Made by a program: the position numbers and the translations under genes | Assembly: GCA_024640845.1 (NCBI GenBank) | Contig: JAHEEE010000007.1 | Location: 141-64,140, forward strand | Direction: 5' to 3' | DNA length: 64,000 nucleotides | Source: Myxococcales bacterium | GTDB lineage: Bacteria > Myxococcota_A > Polyangia > Polyangiales > Houyiibacteriaceae | Notes under the pieces: model-generated | What the model saw: the letters and a program-made list of their open reading frames with translations, nothing else | Database searches by the model: none | What the model was told of the DNA's origin: nothing | Part shown: positions 27,217 through 37,292 of the stretch, piece after piece | How the letters are laid out: each line of letters opens with the position of its first letter | Numbering within the stretch: position 1 is the stretch's first letter

Positions 27217-28830
27217 CTACGACCTGAGCACTTCACCCGCGCCGCGCACGTGCGAAATGCGACCCCGGTCGAAGATCTGCTTCCCATTTACAAACACATG
27301 CTCGATACCGACCGGGGAAGCGTTCCCTGCTTCGTTCTCCTGGTCACGAACGCCCTCCCAATCGAACACGGTTACGTCCGCCGCATAACCCTCCCGAACC
27401 TCTCCCCGTTCGCTCAAGCGGAAGCGCTTGGCGGCAGCGCCGGTCATCTTGTACACGGCCTCTTCGAGGGCGATGTTCTTCCGCTCGCGAGAGGTCCGCA
27501 GGAACTTCGGGAACGTGCCGTAGGCGGCTGGATTCTGGTGCCCCCCGGGCTCGGGCCAGGAGTCGGAGGCAAAGATCGCGGCAGGGTGCCGCATCAAGCG
27601 TTCGATGATCTCGTCGTTGTAGTAGTCGTGAAAGAGAACGCGCGCTTCGGCGTTACTCTCGTCGAGGATGTCGAGCATCGTGTCGAAGTGCGACATGCCG
27701 ACCCGCTCCGAGATCTCCGGCAAAAAGCAGCCATTGTATTGGTCGTACTTGGAGCAACTCGCATTGGTGATCTGGATCTGCGGGTAGCCGAAGCCGACCA
27801 GACGAAAGCCGACCTCCGCTTCGAGGCGCAGTCTCGCCTTCGCGAGAGGGCTGTGAAGCGCTTCCGGCATCCCCGCCATGAACCACTCCGGAAGCAGCGT
27901 GTTCAGTAGCGTGGCGCCGCATCCATACGGAAACATGTCGAAACAAACGTCGACGCCGTCCGCGATCGCTCGATCGAAGAGCGCAATCGCCTCGTCTACC
28001 GTCTTCCACGTGCGCGATCCTACGAAGATTAGGTGAGAGAACTGAAGGCGCACACCAGTGCGGCGGCCGACGCCGAGCATGTCGTCGATCGCTTTCAGAT
28101 TGTGCGCGCGGCCGAAAGGGATCATCGGATAGGTGCCCGAGAAGGACGAGTACGCCTTAGCGTGCACGGTGAGGAGCTTATCGTGGCGCTTCACCAGCCG
28201 TGCGACATCATCGAGCTCTTCGAGCTTCGCGAAGATGCCGGGCTTGTACTGAAGCCCGAGAGAGACGCCGGCCGCGCCTTCATGCATCGCGCGGTCGAGC
28301 ACCTCGAGCATCTCGCGATACTCGGCGTCGCCGAGCGGTCGAGCCTCGAATCCGCTCAGCGACGTGCGTGCCGCGCCGTGCCCGACGAGGTGCACGAAGT
28401 TGTGTGTCAGGCCGAGATCGTCGAGTACCGCGGTGTATTCGGCGAAGCTGTTCCAATCGAGCGTCTTCCGCCCGGCCTTGAACAGGGAGCTTTCGAGTAA
28501 TGCGCGGTGCTTGGTCCCCGGTGCAAAGCCGAACGGACTGAAGCCGCAGTTGCCGGCAACGAACGTGGTCACGCCTTGCGCAGTGAATGAGTCGAAGTGA
28601 CCGGAATCACCGCTCGCGGAAAAGAAGTCCATATGCGAGTGCGCGTCGATGAACCCGGGAGCGACGACCTTGCCCGCGCAATCGACAGCGAAGCCTGCGT
28701 CGACGGGCACCTCTCCGACTGCCTCGATACGATCGCCGCGAAGCAGCACGTCGCCTTCCCTCGGTGATGCCCCTGTACCGTCGACGACGATGCCCCCTCG
28801 AAGTACTGTTGAATCGCGATTGCCATCCAT
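27217..28830 (-). CDS. N-acyl-D-amino-acid deacylase (D-aminoacylase family)
   Basis: GGIVVDGTG, PGFIDAHSH, NPAAYGTFPKFL, GYAADVTVFD. Confidence 0.9.
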   Translation of the reverse strand: MDGNRDSTVLRGGIVVDGTGASPREGDVLLRGDRIEAVGEVPVDAGFAVDCAGKVVAPGFIDAHSHMDFFSASGDSGHFDSFTAQGVTTFVAGNCGFSPFGFAPGTKHRALLESSLFKAGRKTLDWNSFAEYTAVLDDLGLTHNFVHLVGHGAARTSLSGFEARPLGDAEYREMLEVLDRAMHEGAAGVSLGLQYKPGIFAKLEELDDVARLVKRHDKLLTVHAKAYSSFSGTYPMIPFGRAHNLKAIDDMLGVGRRTGVRLQFSHLIFVGSRTWKTVDEAIALFDRAIADGVDVCFDMFPYGCGATLLNTLLPEWFMAGMPEALHSPLAKARLRLEAEVGFRLVGFGYPQIQITNASCSKYDQYNGCFLPEISERVGMSHFDTMLDILDESNAEARVLFHDYYNDEIIERLMRHPAAIFASDSWPEPGGHQNPAAYGTFPKFLRTSRERKNIALEEAVYKMTGAAAKRFRLSERGEVREGYAADVTVFDWEGVRDQENEAGNASPVGIEHVFVNGKQIFDRGRISHVRGAGEVLRS

Positions 28831-28857
28831 GATCCGGTAGAGCTACCCTGTCCGGCG

Positions 28858-29472
28858 ATGAGCCGGCAAGGCAGAAATCAAGTCCGGATCGTGCTTACCG
28901 GTGGTCCCGGCGGAGGGAAGACCACGGCAGCCGATCTGTTTCGCCGCGAAATCGGTGAGAAGGTCGTGGTCGTGCCCGAAACTGCGACCATGCTCTTCAC
29001 GGGGGGCTTCCCGAGAGTCGCCGAGCCGAAGGCCCGCGCGGCGACGCAGCGGGCGATCTTTCACGCCCAAGTCGCGCTCGAAGAGATCCAAGGAGCACTC
29101 TACCCGGGCCGCATGCTCCTCTGCGACCGGGGTACAATCGATGGCGCCGCATACTGGCCTGCCGAAGCGCCCAAGGGGTTCTTCGAGACGATGGAGACGA
29201 CGTTGGAAGACGAGCTCGGCCGTTATGACGCCGTGATCTTCTTCGAATCTGCGGCCGTCGGCGACATCTCGATCGAGGGTGGCAACCCGGCGCGGACCGA
29301 GGGCAACGAGGAGGCCCGCCAGCTCGACATCCGTCTGCGCTCGCTTTGGTCAAAGCACCCGAGTTTTCATTTCGTCCCCCACACCACGTCGTTTTTCGCA
29401 AAGCTCGGGGACGGCCTCAAACAGCTCCAGGAGATGGTCGATCACAGCGGCTGGCTCGGTCCGGACGCATAA
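28858..29472 (+). CDS. AAA_28 (NadR/Ttd14-like) P-loop ATP-binding protein
   Basis: LTGGPGGGKTT, VPETAT, CDRGTIDG. Confidence 0.8.
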   Translation: MSRQGRNQVRIVLTGGPGGGKTTAADLFRREIGEKVVVVPETATMLFTGGFPRVAEPKARAATQRAIFHAQVALEEIQGALYPGRMLLCDRGTIDGAAYWPAEAPKGFFETMETTLEDELGRYDAVIFFESAAVGDISIEGGNPARTEGNEEARQLDIRLRSLWSKHPSFHFVPHTTSFFAKLGDGLKQLQEMVDHSGWLGPDA

Positions 29473-29511
29473 AATGGCCTGACTAACCCATCTATACTAA
29501 ACCCCGAATCA

Positions 29512-30333
29512 ATGGGGATGATGAGCGTGTGTATGGGGCGCCCGGTCCTTCGTGCCGGGCTAACGGCGATACTGGCTTTCGGTTTGGCTGCGCCAGGCTG
29601 CATCAGACAGATGCGGACCGACATCGTAGAAAACCAGAGGCGCCTCGACGAGCTCGAGGACGACCTCGAGGCCAAACGCAAAGAGCTCGAAGAAGCGCTA
29701 GCCGAGGCAAGCCGCGTGCTTCGCCGAAATAGCGCTGACCAGGGCTTGCAGATCGAAGAGATCCAGCAGCGGCTGGCCGCGATGGAAGGTCAGTTTGCCG
29801 AAGTCCGGATGGAGCTCAGTGGCGCGTCGGAGGCGCAGGCGCAACGAAGCCTCGAGATCCAGCAACAGCTCAGCGAAGTCGCGCGGGCCGCGGGGATGGA
29901 CGTCCCTCTCGAGTCGAGCGAGATCCCGGAGGACAAGGCCGCCCACTGGGACGCGCTTCAAAAAGCGTACCGCATCAACAAACACTCTTACGCGAGGGCG
30001 CTCGCGCGCGCCTACGTGGCCCGCTACCCGAAGGACGAACACGCGGATAACGCGCAGTACATGATCGGGTCGAGCTACCTGTCGCAGGGGCAGGCAGCCG
30101 CTGCGCTCGGCGAGTTCCAAAAAGTGATCTCGAAGTACCGAACCAGCGACGCGATCGACGAGACGCTTTACGACATGTCCCAGGCGTTCCTCAAGGTCCG
30201 CGCGTGCAACGACGCCGGTACCGCGCTCAAGGCTCTCTTGAAGAACCATCCGAAGTCTCCGCTCTACCGCCAGGCACAAAAAGATCTCCGAAAGGTGAAG
30301 AGCTTCGGCCCGGCCGAGTGCGATGACCGTTGA
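29512..30333 (+). CDS. cpoB: CpoB/YbgF-like coiled-coil plus TPR lipoprotein
   Basis: Lipobox-like APGC; N-terminal coiled coil; YPKDEHADNAQYMIG and TPR pairs; next to tol genes. Confidence 0.7.
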   Translation: MGMMSVCMGRPVLRAGLTAILAFGLAAPGCIRQMRTDIVENQRRLDELEDDLEAKRKELEEALAEASRVLRRNSADQGLQIEEIQQRLAAMEGQFAEVRMELSGASEAQAQRSLEIQQQLSEVARAAGMDVPLESSEIPEDKAAHWDALQKAYRINKHSYARALARAYVARYPKDEHADNAQYMIGSSYLSQGQAAAALGEFQKVISKYRTSDAIDETLYDMSQAFLKVRACNDAGTALKALLKNHPKSPLYRQAQKDLRKVKSFGPAECDDR

Positions 30334-30334
30334 A

Positions 30335-32524
30335 TCAGCGAAGGTAAATCGGCGACGACCAAGCACGCTCTTCGGTCATCGCGAGGCAGTCGTCGTCGAA
30401 CGCAACCCGGTAGTCGCCGTAACATGGATTGCACGCGTCGCCCTCGCAGCGCAGCCCGCCGGCGTTCACCGCCGGGCTCGGTTCTTGGATCGCGCGAACG
30501 TAGTACACGAGCTCGCGGTCGGCTGACGCGAACCAGGGATCCTCGAACTCGACGTCACAAACCTCCTTGTCCTGAGGGCACGGGATCGTGAGCCAGGGAT
30601 CCTCGATCAGCTCGCCGACCGGCTCGCTCTCTTTCATCTGCCGCCCGATGCGCACGACCTCGATGCGGGTGATTCGCTTCCGACGATCGGACGGGTTGTA
30701 ACACTCCCCGGCGCAGACCCGCTCGATCCGCTCCGCCCCGAGCGCATTCGCGACTGCCTCGGGACAGCCGGGCAATTGCTCGAACGCGCCTGCCGCGCGC
30801 ACACGAAACCTAGGGGTGCCATCGAATTCGAGCTGACTTCCCATCGGGACCCGAGCATCGCCTGCGTTCACGAGATCGAACCACAACAACATGCGATCGC
30901 CAGAAGTGCCGTAGACCTCCCGATCGAACAATGCTTTCCAAATCGCGTCACGCGTGCGCTCTTTGGCATGGACCGCCACGAGGCCACCGGTGAGGAAAAA
31001 CGAGGCTTGGCGTTCCAACCACACACGCTGAAACGGGCGCATCGCCATGACGTCGTCCGGCGTCAGAGGCTGCGACTCGTCTGTCTTGTCGGGCATGCCG
31101 AAAATGATCTCCCGCCATCCTTCGTTCACGGCACCACGAGCTTCGGTCATCTTGCGACGCTCGTACTCCTTGTAGCCAGTGCCCGGTCGCGCCGAGTGAT
31201 TGTCGCTCGACGCAATGAAGCCTAGCGTCGCGTGGCGCGGCTCCTCCGCCTCGAAGCTTCCGCGGGAGAGGATGTATTGCACGGATCCGCCGGGTCGATA
31301 GGCGTAGCTCGGCTGGAAGCAATCTGTGCACTGGCCGCAGTTGCCCCACTCGACGATCTCGGTTCCGGGCAATGTTAATTGCCCAGACGGGCCGAGGCGC
31401 ACGAAGTTCTCACGAGCGTCCCGAACGCGTTGCTCGCATTCATCGGAGAGCGGGTCGTCACATCGACTTCGAACGATCTCACCCGCTCGCCAACAGCACG
31501 GCTCGAACGTCTCGGACGGTTCGGGGCACTCCACTCCCTCCGCGGTGCGCTCGACCGCTCGAAAATCACGGTACTCCTCGGAGTTGCCATGTCCAGAAAA
31601 CACCTCGATGAGCTGCTGCCAGCGCGGATCGTCGTGCTTGGCCTGGATCTGTTTGTCATAAAGGTAGCCTTCCGGGGTGTAGAAGCCCCAGGTGGTGCCA
31701 TGCGGAATGACCATCGCCTCGAAGCCCCACTCGTCGAGCTTGCGGAAAAGCGCTGCTGGTGTGTCCGCGAGCTCCCTGCAATCGGCCGGAAGGTCAGGCG
31801 CCGCTGCGCCTTCGGCGCAAAGTGAGAGGGCTGCGATCTCACGGACATGCCGGCCAACGTCGATGTACGGCTGCTGATTGGGAAACGCGCGGAGCGGAAT
31901 CCCGAGATTCGCGGTGATGGTCCTCTGATCGCGAAACGCTTGCGAGGCGAGACCTGGCGCCGCGATCGGGCGCGTAGGAAGCTCGTCGTCACTCGTCTCC
32001 TTGAAGATCACGTTGCGGTGGCCGTAGTGGTCCTCCGGGGTCGTCCCGATTTGGGTCCACTCGAAACCCGTAAACGCGACGAGATCCGGTTGCTCGCTCT
32101 CTGTGTCGACCGCGTTGCACTGACGCACCGACTCACGAACCATCTCCCAAGTCCGCGGCGTGAGCGATTCGGCATGATCTGTCAGCGAATAGAAATCGAG
32201 CTGCGAGCAGAAGCGTGCGAAGTCGCAGGCGTCGGCTGGTGGATGCACGCCCTCCCCGCCCATGAGTGGAAGGCTCCACTGAAACGCGTCGACCGACAAA
32301 GTCGAGTGCACGTGCAGATCACCAAAGAGAATCCGGGTGTCGGAAGCATTGCTGACCGCCAGTTGCCCGCTGTCACGGGCGTTCAATAGGTCGCGGTCGA
32401 GTGGGTTCGCGTTGATTTCACCATCGGTCTGTAGCTTTCCGCCGCCGAAGACGACCCAGACCCCCAGCGCCAAGAGCGCGAGGACCACGATCGCAGCAAG
32501 GCACCCGCGCTTCCAAATCGCCAT
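30335..32524 (-). CDS. DUF3604 domain protein (PHP-like metal-binding motifs)
   Basis: FGDLHVHS, LTDHAE, GFEWT, GHRNVIF, SSDNHSARPG, EVYGTSGDR, YYVRAIQEP, ERAWSSPIY. Confidence 0.85.
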   Translation of the reverse strand: MAIWKRGCLAAIVVLALLALGVWVVFGGGKLQTDGEINANPLDRDLLNARDSGQLAVSNASDTRILFGDLHVHSTLSVDAFQWSLPLMGGEGVHPPADACDFARFCSQLDFYSLTDHAESLTPRTWEMVRESVRQCNAVDTESEQPDLVAFTGFEWTQIGTTPEDHYGHRNVIFKETSDDELPTRPIAAPGLASQAFRDQRTITANLGIPLRAFPNQQPYIDVGRHVREIAALSLCAEGAAAPDLPADCRELADTPAALFRKLDEWGFEAMVIPHGTTWGFYTPEGYLYDKQIQAKHDDPRWQQLIEVFSGHGNSEEYRDFRAVERTAEGVECPEPSETFEPCCWRAGEIVRSRCDDPLSDECEQRVRDARENFVRLGPSGQLTLPGTEIVEWGNCGQCTDCFQPSYAYRPGGSVQYILSRGSFEAEEPRHATLGFIASSDNHSARPGTGYKEYERRKMTEARGAVNEGWREIIFGMPDKTDESQPLTPDDVMAMRPFQRVWLERQASFFLTGGLVAVHAKERTRDAIWKALFDREVYGTSGDRMLLWFDLVNAGDARVPMGSQLEFDGTPRFRVRAAGAFEQLPGCPEAVANALGAERIERVCAGECYNPSDRRKRITRIEVVRIGRQMKESEPVGELIEDPWLTIPCPQDKEVCDVEFEDPWFASADRELVYYVRAIQEPSPAVNAGGLRCEGDACNPCYGDYRVAFDDDCLAMTEERAWSSPIYLR

Positions 32525-32570
32525 CGGGGCCGAGGATAAGGGCCCACGGGCAGGACCGCAAATCCGTCTA

Positions 32571-33884
32571 TCAGTGCGACCAACGCACGGTTTCAGCAAC
32601 GCCGCCAATCACCAAGTTCTGGTCGAGGCCGTCCTGCCCGGAGAGATATACCCCAGAGGATCCCTGCCGATCCGACGCGAACGCGATGAGACGGCAATCC
32701 GGCGAGAAGGCCGGATCCTTGTTGTCGCCCTGCCCCTGGGTGAGGCGCTTGTACTCCTGCGTCACGACGTTGACTGTGAAGATGTCGAAGTTCCCGTCCC
32801 GACCACTGAACGCGATGAGCGGCTGTTCCGGGTCCTGACACCAAACCGGCGTTTGGTTGTGACTTCCCCTGAAGGTGACCCGCTGTACGTTGGTGCCGTC
32901 GTTGTTCATCGTGAAAATCTGCGGGCTGCCATGACGATCAGATACGAATGCGATGCGACCGCCGGGCCCACAAGTCGGGCTCACATCGATACCGCGACTG
33001 CGAGTGAGTTGGCGCAAGCCGGACCCGTCGGGCTTCGAGCTGTAGATCTCGGCGTTGCCCGAGCGCGATGATGTGAAGTACACGCGCTCGCCGCAAATCG
33101 TGGGAGCCATCGTGATGCCCTTGCCTCCGATGACGCGCCTTCCACCGGCGCGGGTGTTGGTGATGAACATGCCCTGCTTGGTCATCCGCGTGTACCAGAT
33201 CGAGCCCTTGCCAAAGCTCGGCAGCATGGACACCCCTTGGCCGCTCGACACCCTGCGAACGCCGTACCCGTCCATATCAGCGGCGTAGACACTCTTTTGG
33301 CCGGGCCCATGCTTGCGGGCGAACGCGATCTCGGTTCCGAACGGACCGTATGTACCAGTGACGACCCCGATGACTTTGTTGACGAAGTCGTGCATCCAGC
33401 GCCGAAGATCCTTCGGCGAGCCTTGGTAGGTCTGACGCAGCACGGGAACCTCGCCCCCGCTCGCTTGGTAGAACCGAAGCTCGACTCGAAGCGCCGTGTC
33501 GTTGCCCCCGACCAATCCCTTGATGACCCCGTTGGCTCCGAGCAGGGCCCACGCGCCCAAATCGACGCCGAGGCCTTTCGCGTCGGAGTCGTGACGGACC
33601 GATGCCGGGCCGATGACGCGGAACCCCGGCATCAACCGGAAATCGTTCTGCAGCACAGAGCCGCCAATCGCGGCATCGCTCGCTGGTTCACCGATCAGCC
33701 TTGCGATGCCGATCCGGTATGCGTCCTCATCGGGAGCGTCGATGTCGACGACGAGCATGTCTTCCGGCAGCGGCTGCGCTTCCTCCTGCCCAATGGCGGG
33801 CCCTACAGGAAACGCTAACGCCGCGAACGCAGCGCCTGCCACGATCGCTCCCCAAACCATCCGTCGAAACACAATCAAAGCCAT
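32571..33884 (-). CDS. tolB: TolB-like beta-propeller protein
   Basis: N-terminal domain plus PD40 repeats (IAFVSDRHGSPQIFTM, DPAFSPDCRLIAF); follows tolQ, tolR and a TolA-like gene. Confidence 0.85.
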   Translation of the reverse strand: MALIVFRRMVWGAIVAGAAFAALAFPVGPAIGQEEAQPLPEDMLVVDIDAPDEDAYRIGIARLIGEPASDAAIGGSVLQNDFRLMPGFRVIGPASVRHDSDAKGLGVDLGAWALLGANGVIKGLVGGNDTALRVELRFYQASGGEVPVLRQTYQGSPKDLRRWMHDFVNKVIGVVTGTYGPFGTEIAFARKHGPGQKSVYAADMDGYGVRRVSSGQGVSMLPSFGKGSIWYTRMTKQGMFITNTRAGGRRVIGGKGITMAPTICGERVYFTSSRSGNAEIYSSKPDGSGLRQLTRSRGIDVSPTCGPGGRIAFVSDRHGSPQIFTMNNDGTNVQRVTFRGSHNQTPVWCQDPEQPLIAFSGRDGNFDIFTVNVVTQEYKRLTQGQGDNKDPAFSPDCRLIAFASDRQGSSGVYLSGQDGLDQNLVIGGVAETVRWSH

Positions 33885-33892
33885 CCGTCACC

Positions 33893-34717
33893 TCAGCGGG
33901 CGTGACGCCCAAAGAAACGCAAAGAAATCGTCTCGCCCAAGACCTGCTCCGCCACCGACTCCGGCGGGTCCGGGAGATCCGCCCCCTTCGCTTGATTCAC
34001 CCTTCGACGAACGGAGTCATCGAATGCTTCATTCCCACTCGGTCGCGTCACTTCGTAGCCCCCCACGCGGCCGTCGTCGGTAATCGAGAGCTCGATCACG
34101 CAGGTGAGCTTCTGCAGCTCGTCGTCGGGAATCAGTGTCGGGACCTGCCAGCCTCTTCGAAAATAAGTGTAGAGCTTTCCGAGGTAGAGGTCCGTTTCGT
34201 CGCCGGTGGCCTTCGTGCCCTCGACGATGCCTTCTTCGTGCCCTTCGAGCTCAGGTCCCTTTCGAAGGTCGGATATCGCTCCTGCGCGTTGCCCGAGCGT
34301 GGCCAGGAGGTCTTCATCCTGGCGCTCTCGCTTCTTTTTGGGCTTCGCGAGACCCTTCTCTTGGTTGCCGCTTGGCACTGGCGCAGCGGCCTCGGATTCC
34401 GGCGCCGCCGGAGCGCGCGCGCTCTGTTGGGCCGCAGGCACCTCTTTGCTCGGAAGGCGGCGCTGGGGCCTCTGTTTCCCGAGCCGGACGAAACGCGTCT
34501 CGATCACCTCGATCGGTGGAGGCGGCAGATCGTCCGCACCGATCCCGAAGATCGCCTGCATACCTCCGAGCAGAAAGCCGCTCAAGAGCACCAACGCAGG
34601 AAGCGCGACGAACGCCGCAAGCGCGAAGCCGACCCCACCCGCGATCTCGATCGCGGTCGGCTGCTCCGTCTCGAGAAGAGAAAGTGCCCGCCAATCGCTC
34701 ACCTCCGCGCGGGTCAT
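33893..34717 (-). CDS. TolA/TonB C-terminal domain protein
   Basis: N-terminal TM, Pro/Lys-rich linker, SGNEAFDDSVRR; position between tolR and tolB. Confidence 0.8.
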   Translation of the reverse strand: MTRAEVSDWRALSLLETEQPTAIEIAGGVGFALAAFVALPALVLLSGFLLGGMQAIFGIGADDLPPPPIEVIETRFVRLGKQRPQRRLPSKEVPAAQQSARAPAAPESEAAAPVPSGNQEKGLAKPKKKRERQDEDLLATLGQRAGAISDLRKGPELEGHEEGIVEGTKATGDETDLYLGKLYTYFRRGWQVPTLIPDDELQKLTCVIELSITDDGRVGGYEVTRPSGNEAFDDSVRRRVNQAKGADLPDPPESVAEQVLGETISLRFFGRHAR

Positions 34718-34720
34718 CTT

Positions 34721-35146
34721 CTATCTCGGCTCTCGCGTGAGCGGGTCGGTGACCAAGCCCATCTTCCCAATGCCTGCCTGACGCACGAGTGCGAGCACTT
34801 GCGCAACGGCGCCATAGGGGACCTGCTCATCGGCCTGGACGAACACTTCATCGACATTCCGAATGCGTTCGTCGGTGAGCAAGCGCTGACGCAGAACGTC
34901 GAGCGACACCTCTTCGTCGAAGAGGAAGATCCGCTGATCGCGCTGCACGGTGATGAGAGGGTGGTCTTGATCGATGTCCATGCGCGGCGCGTCAGCCTTT
35001 GGAAGGTCGACGTTGACCCCAGTGGTGAGCATGGGCGCGGCGATCATGAAGATGATCAGGAGCACCAACATGACGTCGACCAGGGGCGTGACGTTGATTT
35101 CGCTGAGCGCTCTTCCTTGTCCGCCGTCGCCGTTCGAAAACGCCAT
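34721..35146 (-). CDS. tolR: TolR/ExbD
   Basis: [31 protein letters not shown]. Confidence 0.9.
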   Translation of the reverse strand: MAFSNGDGGQGRALSEINVTPLVDVMLVLLIIFMIAAPMLTTGVNVDLPKADAPRMDIDQDHPLITVQRDQRIFLFDEEVSLDVLRQRLLTDERIRNVDEVFVQADEQVPYGAVAQVLALVRQAGIGKMGLVTDPLTREPR

Positions 35147-35149
35147 GTT

Positions 35150-35872
35150 CTACTCAACCAACAGGTGGCGCCGGATGATGTTCAGATAGTCACTTGCAAA
35201 GGCCGCCGTCTCGCTATCGACGACACGAATGCGCCGGACGAAATAGTTGTACGCCATCACGGCTGGGATCGCCGCTGCCAACCCGAGAGCCGTTGCGATC
35301 AGGGCCTCGGCGATGCCCGGGGCTACGACGTCGAGGCCTGCGCTCTTTTGACCATGAATCGCGATGAAGGAATTCATGACGCCCCATACGGTGCCAAAAA
35401 GGCCGATGAACGGCGCGGTCGAAGCGGTCGTCGCTAGGAACGAGAGCTTGTTCTCGAGCCGCATCAGCTCGGCGCTCTGGGCGCGGCGGAGGGCGCGTTC
35501 GACGTTCTCTACATCCGCCTTGGTCGGCCGCCCCGTTCGTGCGATGCGGGCAAGCTCGCGGTAGCCCGCGCGGAATACCGTGGAGATGGGCGATCGCTCG
35601 TAGCTCATCGCCTTGGCGTGGATGTCGTTCATCGCCTTGGCGTTCCAGGCGCGCGCCTTTTCCTCCGACCAAAAGACCTGAAGGAATGCGCGGCTCTGGT
35701 CGGTCACCTGCTTCAAGCGAATCCACTTCGCGCCGATGATGTACAAACACATCACCGCCATGAAGACGAGAATGAGCATGACCAACTGGACCACCGGCGA
35801 GGCGCCGACGATCAGCTTCCAAGGGTTGAGTTGCTCGGGTGCGCTCGTCTGAAGGAAGACGGAAAGCATCAA
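35150..35872 (-). CDS. tolQ: TolQ/ExbB
   Basis: [34 protein letters not shown]. Confidence 0.92.
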   Translation of the reverse strand: MMLSVFLQTSAPEQLNPWKLIVGASPVVQLVMLILVFMAVMCLYIIGAKWIRLKQVTDQSRAFLQVFWSEEKARAWNAKAMNDIHAKAMSYERSPISTVFRAGYRELARIARTGRPTKADVENVERALRRAQSAELMRLENKLSFLATTASTAPFIGLFGTVWGVMNSFIAIHGQKSAGLDVVAPGIAEALIATALGLAAAIPAVMAYNYFVRRIRVVDSETAAFASDYLNIIRRHLLVE

Positions 35873-35906
35873 TGTCTACCCCCCAAAGAGCGCACCCCCG
35901 AACGCG

Positions 35907-36404
35907 TCAGTTCTCAGAGGCGGAGACGTTGCGGTCGAGCGCCCAGCCGGCCTCGTCGGTCCCGGTCGCCATCTCCTCGCCCACCGAGGTGATCGAGATA
36001 CGGCTGCTGTCCATACCGAGAGAGGTCAGGTAGCTGCGAACCGACTGCGCGCGGCGCTCGCCGAGCGCGATGTTGTACTCTTCCGTCCCACGTGGATCGC
36101 ACGCCCCTGTGAGTAGGAGTGAAAGGCCCGGATCGGGCTGGCCGCGGTAACATTCGACCGCCTCTTGCAGAGTGGCGCGAGCGCTGCTGTCGAGCTCTGA
36201 GGAGTCGAACGCGAAATACACGGTGCCGACGACGCAAGGCTCGGCCACGGGCTCCACGGGTTCCGGTTCCGGCTCGGGCATCTCCGCACCCGTGGTCGGC
36301 TCCGGTTCCGGCTCCTCCGCCTCCTCCTTACAGCCGGTTAGCATGGTCGCAAAAAGCGTGAAGCACACCAACATGGTGAGAGATGAATGCAGATGTCTCT
36401 TCAT
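35907..36404 (-). CDS. pal: Peptidoglycan-associated lipoprotein
   Basis: Lipobox LTGC; VYFAFDSS, GACDPRGTEEYNIALGERRA; RBS AGGAA before MKRH. Confidence 0.88.
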   Translation of the reverse strand: MKRHLHSSLTMLVCFTLFATMLTGCKEEAEEPEPEPTTGAEMPEPEPEPVEPVAEPCVVGTVYFAFDSSELDSSARATLQEAVECYRGQPDPGLSLLLTGACDPRGTEEYNIALGERRAQSVRSYLTSLGMDSSRISITSVGEEMATGTDEAGWALDRNVSASEN

Positions 36405-36596
36405 GGAGTTCCTTTTCCTTCCCCCTCTAAACTCAGGGAACACGGTCGCCAGCATAACCCCGGGGTACTCACGCGCAATTCTTCTCATGCTTGCGTAGGG
36501 TTATGTGGCGCACTTTTGTGAGGTCTAAATATGCGAAGTCACTTGCAGAGGTCAACATGTCACCAATTGTATGGTCCTACTACTGGAGGCCCGAGA

Positions 36597-37292
36597 ATGA
36601 CACGCAAAGCAATTCCCTTACTCGCGCTTGTGACAGCCCTCTGCGGCGGGTGCAATGCGAGATCGTCTCAAAGCGCACCAGACAGCGCGGCGAGCCAAGG
36701 GCGCTCCGCGGGAGCCGAGCGCGGCTTGCCCGAGGTCGAGACCTATGCGCCCAGGCTCGACGACGCATCCCGGGATGCCTGGCAGAAGCCCGAAGAGGTC
36801 ATCGCCCTGCTCGACTGCCGTACGGGCGCCACGGTCGTCGATTTGGGCACTGGAACGGGGTACTTCGTCCCGTTTCTCTCCCACGCGGTGGGGGAGCAGG
36901 GGCGCGTCTTGGGCCTCGACATCGCTCCTGCGACGGTCGAGTGGATACGGAACAGAGCAGACGAAGACGCTCTACACAACGTCGAGGCGCGGACAATCGC
37001 AGCGGACGATCCGGAGCTGGAGCGCAGGTCGGCCGATCGCATCCTCGTGGTCAACACCTGGCACCACATCGAGGCCCGGCAGGCCTATGCCGCGAAGCTT
37101 CTGCCAGCGCTTCGAAGGGGCGGCATGCTGCTGATCGTCGATTTCACGATGGACGCCCCGATGGGGCCCCCGGTCGAAAAGCGGCTCACACTCGATACGG
37201 TCGTTCGTGAGCTGGAGGCCGCCGGATTCGCAACCGAGGTCCTCGAGGAGTCGCTGCCCTACCAGTACGTCGTCGCCGGCCGGGCGCGCTAG
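36597..37292 (+). CDS. Class I SAM-dependent methyltransferase (lipoprotein-like N-terminus)
   Basis: RDAWQKPEEV, VVDLGTGTGYF, NTWHHI. Confidence 0.88.
   Translation: MTRKAIPLLALVTALCGGCNARSSQSAPDSAASQGRSAGAERGLPEVETYAPRLDDASRDAWQKPEEVIALLDCRTGATVVDLGTGTGYFVPFLSHAVGEQGRVLGLDIAPATVEWIRNRADEDALHNVEARTIAADDPELERRSADRILVVNTWHHIEARQAYAAKLLPALRRGGMLLIVDFTMDAPMGPPVEKRLTLDTVVRELEAAGFATEVLEESLPYQYVVAGRAR

Noticed and set aside
28858-29472. Anti-phage defence ATPase
   Set aside because: Small kinase-like fold with no nuclease or other defence partner nearby
36506-36520. Sigma-54 promoter-like TGGCGC...TTG
   Set aside because: The -24/-12 spacing and the GC at -12 do not fit
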